Of a DNA stretch of 64,000 bases, positions 1 through 9,386 are shown piece after piece (position 1 is the stretch's first letter; every line of letters begins with the position of its first letter). Origin of the DNA: Hahellaceae bacterium (GTDB taxonomy: Bacteria > Pseudomonadota > Gammaproteobacteria > Pseudomonadales > Oleiphilaceae); NCBI GenBank assembly GCA_016744695.1, contig JADGDV010000008.1, forward strand, positions 30,637-94,636. The letters are read 5' to 3'. Below the pieces are notes generated by a model. The model saw nothing but the letters and a program-made list of their open reading frames with translations, did no database searches and was not told where the DNA came from. The position numbers and the translations under genes are program-made.

Positions 1-2
1 CC

Positions 3-1589
3 AATGCAGATGTATCGCTATTGACTGAAAGTCGACATAGAGGAATGCAGCGCTGGGTACAGCGGGCGCAGAAACTTGAGGTGGGGCATTGGTTAAAATA
101 CCTTAAAAACCCTGAGTCTCCCCAGTACATGCGTTTGGTGTGGATTGGAAAAGGTTATTCTAAATTCGTATTTGTTAACCACCAAGGTATGAAAGTAGTT
201 GAGCTTGATCTCATGACAGTGGCTGGCTATTTGCAGAAAGAAATCGCCATTATTGATAAAGATTATGAAGTGCCTATTGTTGATGAAAGTCTCGACAACA
301 TGGTGAAACAGGTTTACGGGCAGTTATCTTTTGCCACAACTCATGATGAATTAACTGGTCTGGTTAACCGAAAAGAATTTGAGCGTAATGTTGAGAACTT
401 ACTTGGTCAGAGAGATGATGTTGAGTGTTCATTACTCTATATCGACCTTAGGCAGTTTAGAATTATTAATGATGCTGCAGGTTATGAGGCAGGAGACCAG
501 ATATTAAAAGAGGTCTCTAAGATATTGGTTGACTATGCACCCCTAGGTGCGATTGTTGCACGTATGGGGGGGAATGAATTTGGTGTGTTAGTTAAGCATG
601 CCAATATTGAAGGGCTTGCAACTCAGTATGTTAAGAAAATACACAGTCATGAATTTAAGTGGGAAAGTAAATCTTACAATCTAGCGGTGTGCATCGGTTT
701 GGCGTCTGCGGGAGACGTTGTTGAAAACTCGGAAAAATTACTGAAAGTGGCCGAAGAGGCTTGTCGAAAAGCGAAATTGAAAGGCCCTAATAAAATAGAA
801 CAGTATTTAGCTGATGCACCGAATTTATCACAACAAGAGAAAATAAAAGCGAAGGTTGCCGGCTTTAGTAACCTGAGTAATGAACGAACTTTGTTACGGT
901 GCCAGAAAATTATTCCTCTGCAAGCAGAAACGAAACTCAAAACGCAGTATGAAATATTACTTAGTGTTTATGATGACGTAGGGCACTTGATTCCCGCGAA
1001 TGAGTTTGTGCGAACTGCTGAAAAATATAATCGAATGCAGGCGGTAGATCGCTGGGTTGTAGGGCATATGCTTGATTGGATGTCGAGCCACCAAGCTGAG
1101 GTAGAGGCTATGGGGGGGATTTGCATTAACTTATCAGGCCATTCGCTTAATGATGAAGAGCTTTTAGAATTTATTTATCACCGTTTAAGTAAAAATGATG
1201 CGCCTATTGAAAAAATATGGTTTGAAATTACTGAAGCCTCTGCAATTTCTAATGTGCATAGTGTGGCTGACTTTATGACTGAATTAAAAGATATTGGCTG
1301 TCATTTCTGTTTGGGGAATTTTGGCGCAGGTATGTCGTCATATCATTTTCTTAAAGAACTGCCTGTCGATATGATTAAGATTGATGGAAGCTTTGTAAAA
1401 GCGTTAGCAAGCGATGACAGTGACCGCGCAATGGTTCGATCAATGACAGAAATGGTTCACTTTATGGGGAAAGAAGTCGTAGCCACTCAGGTTGAAGATA
1501 AGCAGTGCATTGATATTTTAACAAGCCTGGGGGTCGATTATGCGCAAGGGTATGCGATAGAGAAACCCCGATTGCTTGGGAATATTTAA
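3..1589 (+). CDS. C-terminal part of a DUF1631-type/GGDEF/EAL protein, both c-di-GMP domains degenerate; 5' end lies outside the window
   Basis: Frame is open from position 3 (NADVSLLTES...), so the TTG at 21 is not the true start. GGDEF site reads GGNEF. EAL domain has EIL, GNFGAG instead of DDFGTG, and ATQVE instead of AEGVE. The upstream WLKY...LVWIG...FVFVNHQGMKV segment resembles the DUF1631 C-terminus. Confidence 0.8.
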   Translation, partial: NADVSLLTESRHRGMQRWVQRAQKLEVGHWLKYLKNPESPQYMRLVWIGKGYSKFVFVNHQGMKVVELDLMTVAGYLQKEIAIIDKDYEVPIVDESLDNMVKQVYGQLSFATTHDELTGLVNRKEFERNVENLLGQRDDVECSLLYIDLRQFRIINDAAGYEAGDQILKEVSKILVDYAPLGAIVARMGGNEFGVLVKHANIEGLATQYVKKIHSHEFKWESKSYNLAVCIGLASAGDVVENSEKLLKVAEEACRKAKLKGPNKIEQYLADAPNLSQQEKIKAKVAGFSNLSNERTLLRCQKIIPLQAETKLKTQYEILLSVYDDVGHLIPANEFVRTAEKYNRMQAVDRWVVGHMLDWMSSHQAEVEAMGGICINLSGHSLNDEELLEFIYHRLSKNDAPIEKIWFEITEASAISNVHSVADFMTELKDIGCHFCLGNFGAGMSSYHFLKELPVDMIKIDGSFVKALASDDSDRAMVRSMTEMVHFMGKEVVATQVEDKQCIDILTSLGVDYAQGYAIEKPRLLGNI

Positions 1590-1594
1590 TTACA

Positions 1595-1624
1595 GCGGTA
1601 GGGTTTATATGCTGAACCCTACGC
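1595..1624. terminator. Hairpin at a convergent gene junction, probable bidirectional terminator
   Basis: GCGGTAGGGTT...AACCCTACGC inverted repeat overlapping the TAG of the AAA ATPase gene. Confidence 0.5.
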
Positions 1625-3100
1625 TTTTACCGTCCTATCACTAGCCCACGCCCTTAATTCATCTAGCTTTTCAGACATCAGCACAGAAAGCGGTTGGGTT
1701 GAGTTAAGTTCATTCAATATATGTGTTTCATTGACTTCAATCTCTTGAGCTTGAGCTGCATATCGAGCCGCTACGATCGCTTGCTCTATTTCAGCTCCTG
1801 AAAACCCTTCTGAGAGAGTGGCAAGAGAATGAGTATTAAAGCGTTTACTATCTAATGTCCGTTTCGCTAAATGAATCTCAAATATTTCTTGTCGCACTGT
1901 CTTATCTGGCAGGTCAACAAAGAACACTTCATCAACTCTTCCTTTGCGAAGGAGTTCTGGAGGTAAGGCAGAGACATTGTTTGCAGTGGCTACAATAAAT
2001 ACAGGGTGCGTATTCTCCGCCATCCATGTTAGTAGAGTGCCCAATATTCGTTTCGATATGCCTTGGTCGTTGCTGTCTTGCCCTAAGCCCTTTTCAATTT
2101 CGTCTATCCACAACACACAAGGAGACATCAGTTCAGCAAGCTTTAAGGCTTCTCTAAGGTTACGCTCTGTTTCACCAAAGAACTTGTTATAAAGCGTACC
2201 AAAATCAAGCCTAAGCAGAGGCACTCCCCATACGCCTGATACGGCTTTGGCCGCGAGGCTTTTCCCGCCTCCTTGCACGCCAAGAAGCATTATTCCTTTT
2301 GGAGGCTGAAGAATGTGCTCGCCTTCTCCATTGAATGCGGATTTACGTTCTGATAGCCAGTGTTTAAGGTTATTTAATCCGCCCACATCACTGAATTTGG
2401 CTGTGTCATATTCAAAGCTCAGAACACCATCCATATCCATCAGGTCGAACTTGGCTTTATTTACACTAGGGATATCGTTAGACGTAATTGCACCATCATC
2501 AACAATGGCTCCGCGGGCTAGGCGTCTTACTTCAGAGTAACTGACACCCTGTAGGTTTTTAACTAATTGCTGCAGCGTTGTATTGTCGGTTTTTACTCGC
2601 TTGTTTTGGTTGCTGGTTGACCATTTGCCAGCCTCATCTCTTACAATGGCCATAATTTGTTCAGGTGAAGGAAGATGCATGGAGAATTGTGCGCTTAAAT
2701 GTTTCAGCTCTGGTGGGGTTTTAAGCTGATGGCTAATAAGAACCACAGTGTGTGCGACCTGACGATGATTGAGTGCTATGTCTTTTAATAATCTTACGCG
2801 GCGAGGGGCGTCATCTAACCAGGGGTGAAAGTCACAGAGAATAAATATACTTGGCGTTGATGAGTGCTTGATATGATTTAGGATATCATCGGGTTCATCC
2901 AGTTTATTCTTCTCTTCTAGCTCAAGCCCAAAACCACGGCGTTTAAGCCCGTCGGTTATTGTCCAGCTATAGATGGGTAGGTCGCGCTTACGAGCTAAGC
3001 GAGTTAGGGTATCAATGCTCCGGGTTTCTTCATGGGATTGAATGATGACCAGAGGGATGTGCGAGTCGATAATAAGGCCAAGATCATGAACTTCGGGCAT
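1619..3100 (-). CDS. Ycf46-like AAA+ ATPase
   Basis: Walker A GVQGGGKS, Walker B LWIDEIEK, SRH ATANN...LLRKGRVDE, and an N-terminal degenerate AAA module typical of the Ycf46 family. Confidence 0.85.
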   Translation of the reverse strand: MPEVHDLGLIIDSHIPLVIIQSHEETRSIDTLTRLARKRDLPIYSWTITDGLKRRGFGLELEEKNKLDEPDDILNHIKHSSTPSIFILCDFHPWLDDAPRRVRLLKDIALNHRQVAHTVVLISHQLKTPPELKHLSAQFSMHLPSPEQIMAIVRDEAGKWSTSNQNKRVKTDNTTLQQLVKNLQGVSYSEVRRLARGAIVDDGAITSNDIPSVNKAKFDLMDMDGVLSFEYDTAKFSDVGGLNNLKHWLSERKSAFNGEGEHILQPPKGIMLLGVQGGGKSLAAKAVSGVWGVPLLRLDFGTLYNKFFGETERNLREALKLAELMSPCVLWIDEIEKGLGQDSNDQGISKRILGTLLTWMAENTHPVFIVATANNVSALPPELLRKGRVDEVFFVDLPDKTVRQEIFEIHLAKRTLDSKRFNTHSLATLSEGFSGAEIEQAIVAARYAAQAQEIEVNETHILNELNSTQPLSVLMSEKLDELRAWASDRTVKA

Positions 3101-3176
3101 GAATTTATCCTGAGATTGAATGATATTTAAATGGTACTATACCCTCTTCTAATTCGCGACCTGTAAGGAGGTAGTA

Positions 3177-4043
3177 ATGTCAGCTAAGCATCCAATTATA
3201 TCTGTGACTGGCTCTTCCGGTGCAGGAACGACCACCGCGAGCAATATATTTAATCGTATTTTTGCGGATGAAAACATTAATGCTGCGATGGTTCAGGGCG
3301 ATAGTTTTCATAAATATACCCGCAAAGAAATGACTGCTCTTGCAGAGCAGGGGCATTATGGTGAGTGGAACCACTTTTCACTGGATGCAAACCATGTAGA
3401 TAAACTTGAAGACTTGTTTCAAGACTACGCAACAACAGGGGCAGGGCAGTACCGACATTACGTTCATGATGATGACCATAAGTTGATAGCGGGTGGCGAT
3501 AAGCCTGGCACCTTTACCCCGTGGATGAATTTACCTCAGGGCACAGATTTATTATTTTATGAGGGGCTTCATGGCGGCATTCAAACGGATTATGTAAATA
3601 TATCACCCCATGTTGATCTATTAATTGGTGTGGCTCCAATCGTTAATTTGGAATGGATTCAGAAAATTTATAGAGATACTCAGTCACGAGGTTATTCAAA
3701 GGAAGCGGTAGTGAATACCATTGTGAATAGAATGGATGACTATGTACGTTATATCGTTCCGCAATTCTCTAATACACACATTAATTTTCAGCGAGTGCCT
3801 ACTGTAGATACATCTAACCCTTTTGTGATGCGAGATGTTCCGAGTGATGATGAAAGTATGGTGGTCATACATTTTCAACACTATAACGAAGTAGACTTTC
3901 CTTACTTGTTACAGATGATAGAAGGGGCGTTTGTATCTCGTCGAGATACCTTGGTTATTCCGGGTAATAAAATGCCCCTTGCTATGGATCTGATTATTAG
4001 ACCCAGAGTAAAGGAGCTTATGCAACATAGAGTTTATGGCTAA
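3177..4043 (+). CDS. prkB: Phosphoribulokinase-family protein (proteobacterial PrkB type)
   Basis: HPIISVTGSSGAGTT, GDSFH, FYEGLHGG, NLEWIQKI, INFQRVPTVDTSNPF motifs; AAGGAGG RBS; prkB-yhfA-crp order as in enterobacteria. Confidence 0.9.
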   Translation: MSAKHPIISVTGSSGAGTTTASNIFNRIFADENINAAMVQGDSFHKYTRKEMTALAEQGHYGEWNHFSLDANHVDKLEDLFQDYATTGAGQYRHYVHDDDHKLIAGGDKPGTFTPWMNLPQGTDLLFYEGLHGGIQTDYVNISPHVDLLIGVAPIVNLEWIQKIYRDTQSRGYSKEAVVNTIVNRMDDYVRYIVPQFSNTHINFQRVPTVDTSNPFVMRDVPSDDESMVVIHFQHYNEVDFPYLLQMIEGAFVSRRDTLVIPGNKMPLAMDLIIRPRVKELMQHRVYG

Positions 4044-4051
4044 GTTAAAGG

Positions 4052-4465
4052 TTATTCAATAATGTAGTCGTGAGTAATTTCTACGCCGGCTTTTTCTAAC
4101 ATAATAGACGCAGAGCAATACTTTTCAGCGGATAAGGCAACGGCTCGTTTTACCAAAGACTCTTTAAGATTGTTACCTTTAACCGTAAATTGCACATGAA
4201 TTTTGGTAAATACGCTCGGTACTTCATCGGCTCTTTCAGCGGTAATTTCAGCAACACAATCGGTTACGTCTTGGCGAGATTTTTTGAGAATACTCATTAC
4301 ATCAAAAGAGGTGCAGCCTCCTAAGCCAAGAAGTAGCATTTCCATAGGGCGAGGCCCAAGGTTTTTTCCACCATGGTCTGGTGGTCCATCCATAGTTACC
4401 TGATGACCAGAACCTGATTCGCCAACAAATTTGGCGTCACCGCCCCAGCTTATTTTAACATTCAT
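4052..4465 (-). CDS. yhfA: OsmC/YhfA-family protein
   Basis: GPRPMEMLLLGLGGCTSFDV and SAEKYCSASIML motifs; divergent from crp. Confidence 0.9.
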   Translation of the reverse strand: MNVKISWGGDAKFVGESGSGHQVTMDGPPDHGGKNLGPRPMEMLLLGLGGCTSFDVMSILKKSRQDVTDCVAEITAERADEVPSVFTKIHVQFTVKGNNLKESLVKRAVALSAEKYCSASIMLEKAGVEITHDYIIE

Positions 4466-4731
4466 TTCTGTACCCTTAAGCTAACTTTCATTCAGCTACG
4501 AAGAGTAACATAAAAGCACCTTCTTCAATATGGACTCTTATGACAAAAAACCGCAAGGTGCTTTTTAATTCTTAGTCTATACTTTATTAAATTGGCACTG
4601 TGTCAGCAATATCAATAAGTTGCTGAGTAGCGTATATCCTGATATAAACGTAGGTATGAAAAAACGGTTCATGGATACGAACCATAAATGATATTCAAAA
4701 AATAAAGTAGTGGACAAAGGGACAACAAAAG

Positions 4732-5373
4732 ATGGCAACGATTATTAAACCGGTAGAAAGCAAAACTAAACATCTGGACTTCTTTTTGTCACAGTGTCAC
4801 CGGCGTCGTTACCCAGCGAAAAGTACAATTATTTATGCAGGGGATAAAAGCGACTCACTGTTCTACATAATCAAAGGCTCTGTGACCGTTATCATTGAAG
4901 ATGATGATGGCAGAGAAATGATTATGGCCTATTTGAACACGGGCGATTTTTTTGGAGAAATGGGACTGTTCGATAATATGGACTCCCGTAGTGCTTGGGT
5001 AAAAGCTAAAACTGAATGTGAAGTGGCTGAAATTAGCTATACTAAATTTCGTGAAATATCAGGGGAAGATCCTCGTATACTTTACTTTATTGGTGAGCAG
5101 ATGGCGTCTCGTTTACGCCAGACCACTCGTAAGGTTGGAGACTTGGCATTCTTGGACGTAACAGGTCGGGTAGCACGTACCTTGCTTGATTTATGTAAAG
5201 AGCCAGACGCAATGACGCACCCAGATGGAATGCAGATAAAAATTACCCGTCAGGAAATTGGACGCATTGTAGGTTGTTCTCGAGAAATGGTTGGACGCGT
5301 ATTAAAAACGCTTGAAGAGCAGGGCTTGGTTTCAGTTAAAGGCAAGACCATGGTTGTTTACGGAACGCGTTAA
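4732..5373 (+). CDS. crp: cAMP receptor protein (Vfr/CRP)
   Basis: cNMP-binding domain [10 protein letters not shown]...RSAWV; [23 protein letters not shown]. Confidence 0.97.
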   Translation: MATIIKPVESKTKHLDFFLSQCHRRRYPAKSTIIYAGDKSDSLFYIIKGSVTVIIEDDDGREMIMAYLNTGDFFGEMGLFDNMDSRSAWVKAKTECEVAEISYTKFREISGEDPRILYFIGEQMASRLRQTTRKVGDLAFLDVTGRVARTLLDLCKEPDAMTHPDGMQIKITRQEIGRIVGCSREMVGRVLKTLEEQGLVSVKGKTMVVYGTR

Positions 5374-5383
5374 CGATCCTTTC

Positions 5384-5412
5384 ATCATTCTGCGGCCTAG
5401 TCGCAGAATGAT
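5384..5412. terminator. Stem-loop between convergent crp and can
   Basis: ATCATTCTGCGGC-CTA-GTCGCAGAATGAT, 13-bp stem with one G.T pair. Confidence 0.55.
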
Positions 5413-5486
5413 CTTCAGAGGGAAGTCGCTATAACTCTTTATAACAAATAACCAAATTCCTCCCCGTTTGATTTTCTCATCTTTTT

Positions 5487-6119
5487 CTAGTTATTAATGT
5501 GGTAAATTGAGTCGGTTTTTTTATTACTACTTATAGATACATTAAGATCTTTGATTAACCCATCTTTGATGCCGTAAACCCAGCCGTGTACAGTAAGATT
5601 CTGTTGTTTTGACCAAGCCTCTTGAACAACAGTAGTCTGGCATACATTATGAACCTGCTTAATAACATTAAGCTCACAGAGACGGTCAACTTTCTGCTCT
5701 TCGTTTGTAATTTTATTTAGTTCATCATTATGTTCAGTGTAGGTGTCTTTAATGTTTCTTAGCCAGTTATCAATAAGCCCATTGTTTTCATTATGTAGGG
5801 CTGCATGAACACCGCCGCAACCATAGTGACCTACAACAATAACGTGCTTTACTCTAAGCATTTCTACTGCGTATTGAATAACAGATAAACAATTAAGATC
5901 AGTTTGGTTAACAATGTTGGCAACGTTTCGGTGAACAAATACATCACCGGGGTCAAGACCTACAATTTGGTTGGCCGGAACTCGACTATCCGAACAGCCA
6001 ATCCATAAAATTTCAGGGGATTGCTGTGTTGCCAATTGTTCAAAAAAACCCGGATTCGTCGTTTCAATTTTTTTAGCCCAGTTTTTATTGCTTTTAAGCA
6101 GGGAACTTAATGATTTCAT
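5487..6119 (-). CDS. can: Beta-class carbonic anhydrase
   Basis: WIGCSDSRVP, HRNVAN and GHYGCGG zinc-ligand motifs. Confidence 0.96.
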   Translation of the reverse strand: MKSLSSLLKSNKNWAKKIETTNPGFFEQLATQQSPEILWIGCSDSRVPANQIVGLDPGDVFVHRNVANIVNQTDLNCLSVIQYAVEMLRVKHVIVVGHYGCGGVHAALHNENNGLIDNWLRNIKDTYTEHNDELNKITNEEQKVDRLCELNVIKQVHNVCQTTVVQEAWSKQQNLTVHGWVYGIKDGLIKDLNVSISSNKKTDSIYHINN

Positions 6120-6260
6120 TAGATACCTATTAGACTGGTGAATGAGTAATTCTAATTGCGAATAATTATCGCTTAATTAGAGTTTTTTTACACTACACAA
6201 ATGATTTATTATCCTGCTTTTAGTCATAAGTGCAGTGTCCTGTCATTTTGTAGTTAGAGT

Positions 6261-8243
6261 CTAACCACCAAGAATTAGATTTTCTGCACTCTCAATCTGC
6301 TCTGAGTTCCCATGAAGAATTAAGGTGTCACCTATCGTTAATTTTAATGTTGGATACGGTGTAGATTCTGTGCCATCAATATGTTTTATCATTTCAACTG
6401 GGTTGCCCGCTTTTTCAAGCTTGAGGTTTGATAAGTACTTACCTGTAGCAAAACAGCTTTTTGTGAGTTGAACCGCATGGAGCTGCTCAAGAGGTCTTCC
6501 CTTGTCGTCTATCATCTTCGAGCTAATACCGTGGTAATAACCATGAAGAATTTGATAGCGCTGTTTTCGGGTTTCTGATATACGTTTAAAAACCTGAGGG
6601 GCTGGCGTGCCCATCATTGTTAATGCGTGAGATGCTAGCATCAAGCTAGCCTCCATTGTTTCGGGGATAATTTCCGTGGCACCGGCTTCGAGTAACTCCT
6701 CTAATGATGAATCGTCTCGGGTTCGAATTAGAACGGGTATGGTGTAGTCATTTTCTCTTAATGTATGGAGGATTTTCTTTGCAACGTTTAAATCGTTATA
6801 GCTAACTACTAATAATTTAGCTCTATCGAGGCCTAATAGTTTTAAAATATCTAGGCGTGAAGCATCTCCATAGTAAACATTTTCTCCGGCTGCGCTAGCC
6901 TCATTGACTCGAACAGAGTCAATGTCAACTGCGATATAAGGGAGTGACTCCTTAGCTAAAAAACGTGAGATAGTTTGTCCTACTCGTCCAAACCCACACA
7001 ATATTGCGTGCTCACTTAATTCAGCGCTGGCCTCATTTAGCTGATCTTTATAATCATGTTTATGTACTTCTTTTTTGCGCTTTCCGAACAGCTTTTCTGA
7101 AATAACGGGTGCAAAATTAATTAATAATGGCGTTAGGGTGATAGAAACCACAATCGTAGGGATCATTATTCCGCTAACGGACTCACTAATAATACCGCTG
7201 CTAAACCCTAGTGCAAATAAGGCAAACCCAAACTCGCCTCCTTGAGCTAGATATAAACCTGTGGTTATCGAGTCTCGTTTGCTGTTTTTGGTTGCACGGG
7301 TTAAGGCAAAAATTAATGCGGCCTTACCGATAACAAGTGAAGCGCTGCAAAGTAGTATCAAATCCCAGTGAGCAAGAAGGTTTTTCAGGTTCAGCGTCAT
7401 GCCTACTGTAATAAAAAACAACCCCAATAAGAGGTCTCTGAATGGTCTGATGTCCGCTTCTATCTGGTGGCGGTAGTTGGTCTCACTTAACATCATACCC
7501 GCTATAAACGCGCCTAAAGCCATCGATAATCCAAAATGGTGTGTAAGTGCTGCCGCCATAAGTGCAACTAATAACACGGTAAGAACAAATACTTCTTCTG
7601 AGCGGGTTTTAGCTACTTCATTGAATAAGGGGGGAAGAAGCCATTTTCCACAAGCTAAAAGGAGTGCAAATATTCCAACGCCCTTAGCCAAGGTCAGACC
7701 AACAGAAGTAAGAAGTTCGTCTTCAGCATTGCTCGCGAGAGCCGGCACTAATATTAGAAAGAGTACGGCGGCGATATCTTGAAATAGTAATATGCCAATG
7801 GTTAGCTGGCCATGAGGTTTGTGTAGTTCGTTGCGTGAAGAGAGTTCCTTACTGACCACGGCGGTTGACGAAAGTGATAGTGCGCCGGCCAATACAATTG
7901 ACTCTTCTATAGATACACCCACTGCAACAGAAATGGCAAAGGTGATAACGCTGCAAATGAGTACCTGTAGCCCCCCTAAACCAAACACCGTACGCCTGAG
8001 GGCCATCATTTTAGGTAGTGAGAATTCGAGACCTAATGAAAATAATAGAAACACCACACCGAACTCAGCCAGAAACCGAATAGATCCTTCATTATCAATA
8101 ACCCCCATTGCGCCGGGCCCAACGATTAACCCCACGCAGAGATAGGCTAAAATTGGGGGGATATGTACTCGCCTGAAAATGGCAGAGGCAACGACTGATG
8201 CGAATAATAATATGAGTACTTTGGTGAAAATACCTTCTGCCAT
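6261..8243 (-). CDS. CPA2-family monovalent cation:proton antiporter (Kef type) with TrkA-N and TrkA-C domains
   Basis: Multiple TM helices with AEFGVVFLLFSLGLEFS and GILLFQD; C-terminal CGFGRVGQ Rossmann (KTN) domain. Confidence 0.9.
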   Translation of the reverse strand: MAEGIFTKVLILLFASVVASAIFRRVHIPPILAYLCVGLIVGPGAMGVIDNEGSIRFLAEFGVVFLLFSLGLEFSLPKMMALRRTVFGLGGLQVLICSVITFAISVAVGVSIEESIVLAGALSLSSTAVVSKELSSRNELHKPHGQLTIGILLFQDIAAVLFLILVPALASNAEDELLTSVGLTLAKGVGIFALLLACGKWLLPPLFNEVAKTRSEEVFVLTVLLVALMAAALTHHFGLSMALGAFIAGMMLSETNYRHQIEADIRPFRDLLLGLFFITVGMTLNLKNLLAHWDLILLCSASLVIGKAALIFALTRATKNSKRDSITTGLYLAQGGEFGFALFALGFSSGIISESVSGIMIPTIVVSITLTPLLINFAPVISEKLFGKRKKEVHKHDYKDQLNEASAELSEHAILCGFGRVGQTISRFLAKESLPYIAVDIDSVRVNEASAAGENVYYGDASRLDILKLLGLDRAKLLVVSYNDLNVAKKILHTLRENDYTIPVLIRTRDDSSLEELLEAGATEIIPETMEASLMLASHALTMMGTPAPQVFKRISETRKQRYQILHGYYHGISSKMIDDKGRPLEQLHAVQLTKSCFATGKYLSNLKLEKAGNPVEMIKHIDGTESTPYPTLKLTIGDTLILHGNSEQIESAENLILGG

Positions 8244-8289
8244 TACTTCTCTCTTTAATGCTTACTGTTATAATCACTGCTCTATATTC

Positions 8290-8346
8290 TATAGTATTTG
8301 TCGCGCATTGTATTTGTCACATATAGTATTTGGCGCGCATTGTATT
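8290..8346. repeat. Tandem repeat in a divergent promoter (16-bp subunits; 25-bp unit repeated at 32-bp period)
   Basis: TATAGTATTTGTCGCGCATTGTATT (8290-8314) versus TATAGTATTTGGCGCGCATTGTATT (8322-8346), one mismatch. Confidence 0.85.
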
Positions 8347-8358
8347 GAGTGAACCAAA

Positions 8359-9378
8359 ATGATGCTGCAAGAACTACTCTCCACCGCTTACACCCAACGG
8401 CAGGCTTTAATTACGTCGTTACATAATGAAAAAACGACAGCCTATAGACTTTTTCATGGAACAAATGAAGGTAAGTCAGGTTTAACGGTTGATCGATATG
8501 GCGAGCTTATACTGATACAGACCTTTCATCTGGCTTTATGTGATGATGAACTTCAGCAAATTCAGGAATTTTATTCAACACACCTCTCGTATTCTCACTT
8601 TTTTGTATACAACGACCGCAGCGCTGCTAATTCCCGATACTTAAATCGCTTTGATAGCGATGATTATAAAGAATTAACAAAGGATGTGGTGTTTCAAGAG
8701 CTAGGTGTTAACTACTTGGCCCAAGGTCGGCATAAAGGGCAAGACCCGTTATTGTTTCTTGATTTTCGTGCTGCGAGACGACATGTTCTGAAACACGCAG
8801 AGGGTAAAGACGTTTTAAATCTGTTCTCTTATACCTGTGGTATAGGCATTAGTGCCGCGGTAGGAGGAGCAAAGCAGGTTGTTAATGTTGATTTTGCTGA
8901 ACCTGCTTTAGAGGTAGGGGAAGAGAATGCCCGTTTAAATGAGCTGGCGGAATCAAGTGTTGAGTTTATTAAATCAGATTTTTTTACGGCGGCGCGTCAG
9001 ATGGCCGGTTTACCAATAGCAACGAGACGAGGTCGGCAAAGCAAACTTCCAAAATACAATAAAATTGAAGCGCGCCAGTTTGATTTAGTTGTATTAGACC
9101 CCCCGAAGTGGGCTAAAAGCCCGTTTGGTACGGTTGATTTAGTGAGAGATTATTCGAGTGTTTTCAAACCTGCATTACTCTGTGTTAAAGAGGGGGGGCA
9201 GATTTTATGCGCTAATAACGTGGCTCAGGTTCCTTTGGCTGACTGGCTTGAGACACTTCAGCGTACCGCTACAAAAGCAGGTAAGCCTGTTAAAAATATT
9301 GAAGTAATTGTGCCTGAAGAGGACTTTCCATCAAGAGATGGTCATTACCCATTAAAAATGGCTCTGCTTAGCGTTTAA
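8359..9378 (+). CDS. SAM-dependent methyltransferase, RlmI/RlmK-like, lacking the PUA domain
   Basis: RLFHG..EG..GLTVDRYG, VLNLFSYTCG and VLDPP motifs. Confidence 0.85.
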   Translation: MMLQELLSTAYTQRQALITSLHNEKTTAYRLFHGTNEGKSGLTVDRYGELILIQTFHLALCDDELQQIQEFYSTHLSYSHFFVYNDRSAANSRYLNRFDSDDYKELTKDVVFQELGVNYLAQGRHKGQDPLLFLDFRAARRHVLKHAEGKDVLNLFSYTCGIGISAAVGGAKQVVNVDFAEPALEVGEENARLNELAESSVEFIKSDFFTAARQMAGLPIATRRGRQSKLPKYNKIEARQFDLVVLDPPKWAKSPFGTVDLVRDYSSVFKPALLCVKEGGQILCANNVAQVPLADWLETLQRTATKAGKPVKNIEVIVPEEDFPSRDGHYPLKMALLSV

Positions 9379-9386
9379 ATAAGGGT

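Noticed and set aside
3177-4043. prkB plus can as evidence of a Calvin cycle
   Set aside because: No RuBisCO or other cbb genes in the window; prkB-yhfA-crp is conserved in heterotrophic gammaproteobacteria.
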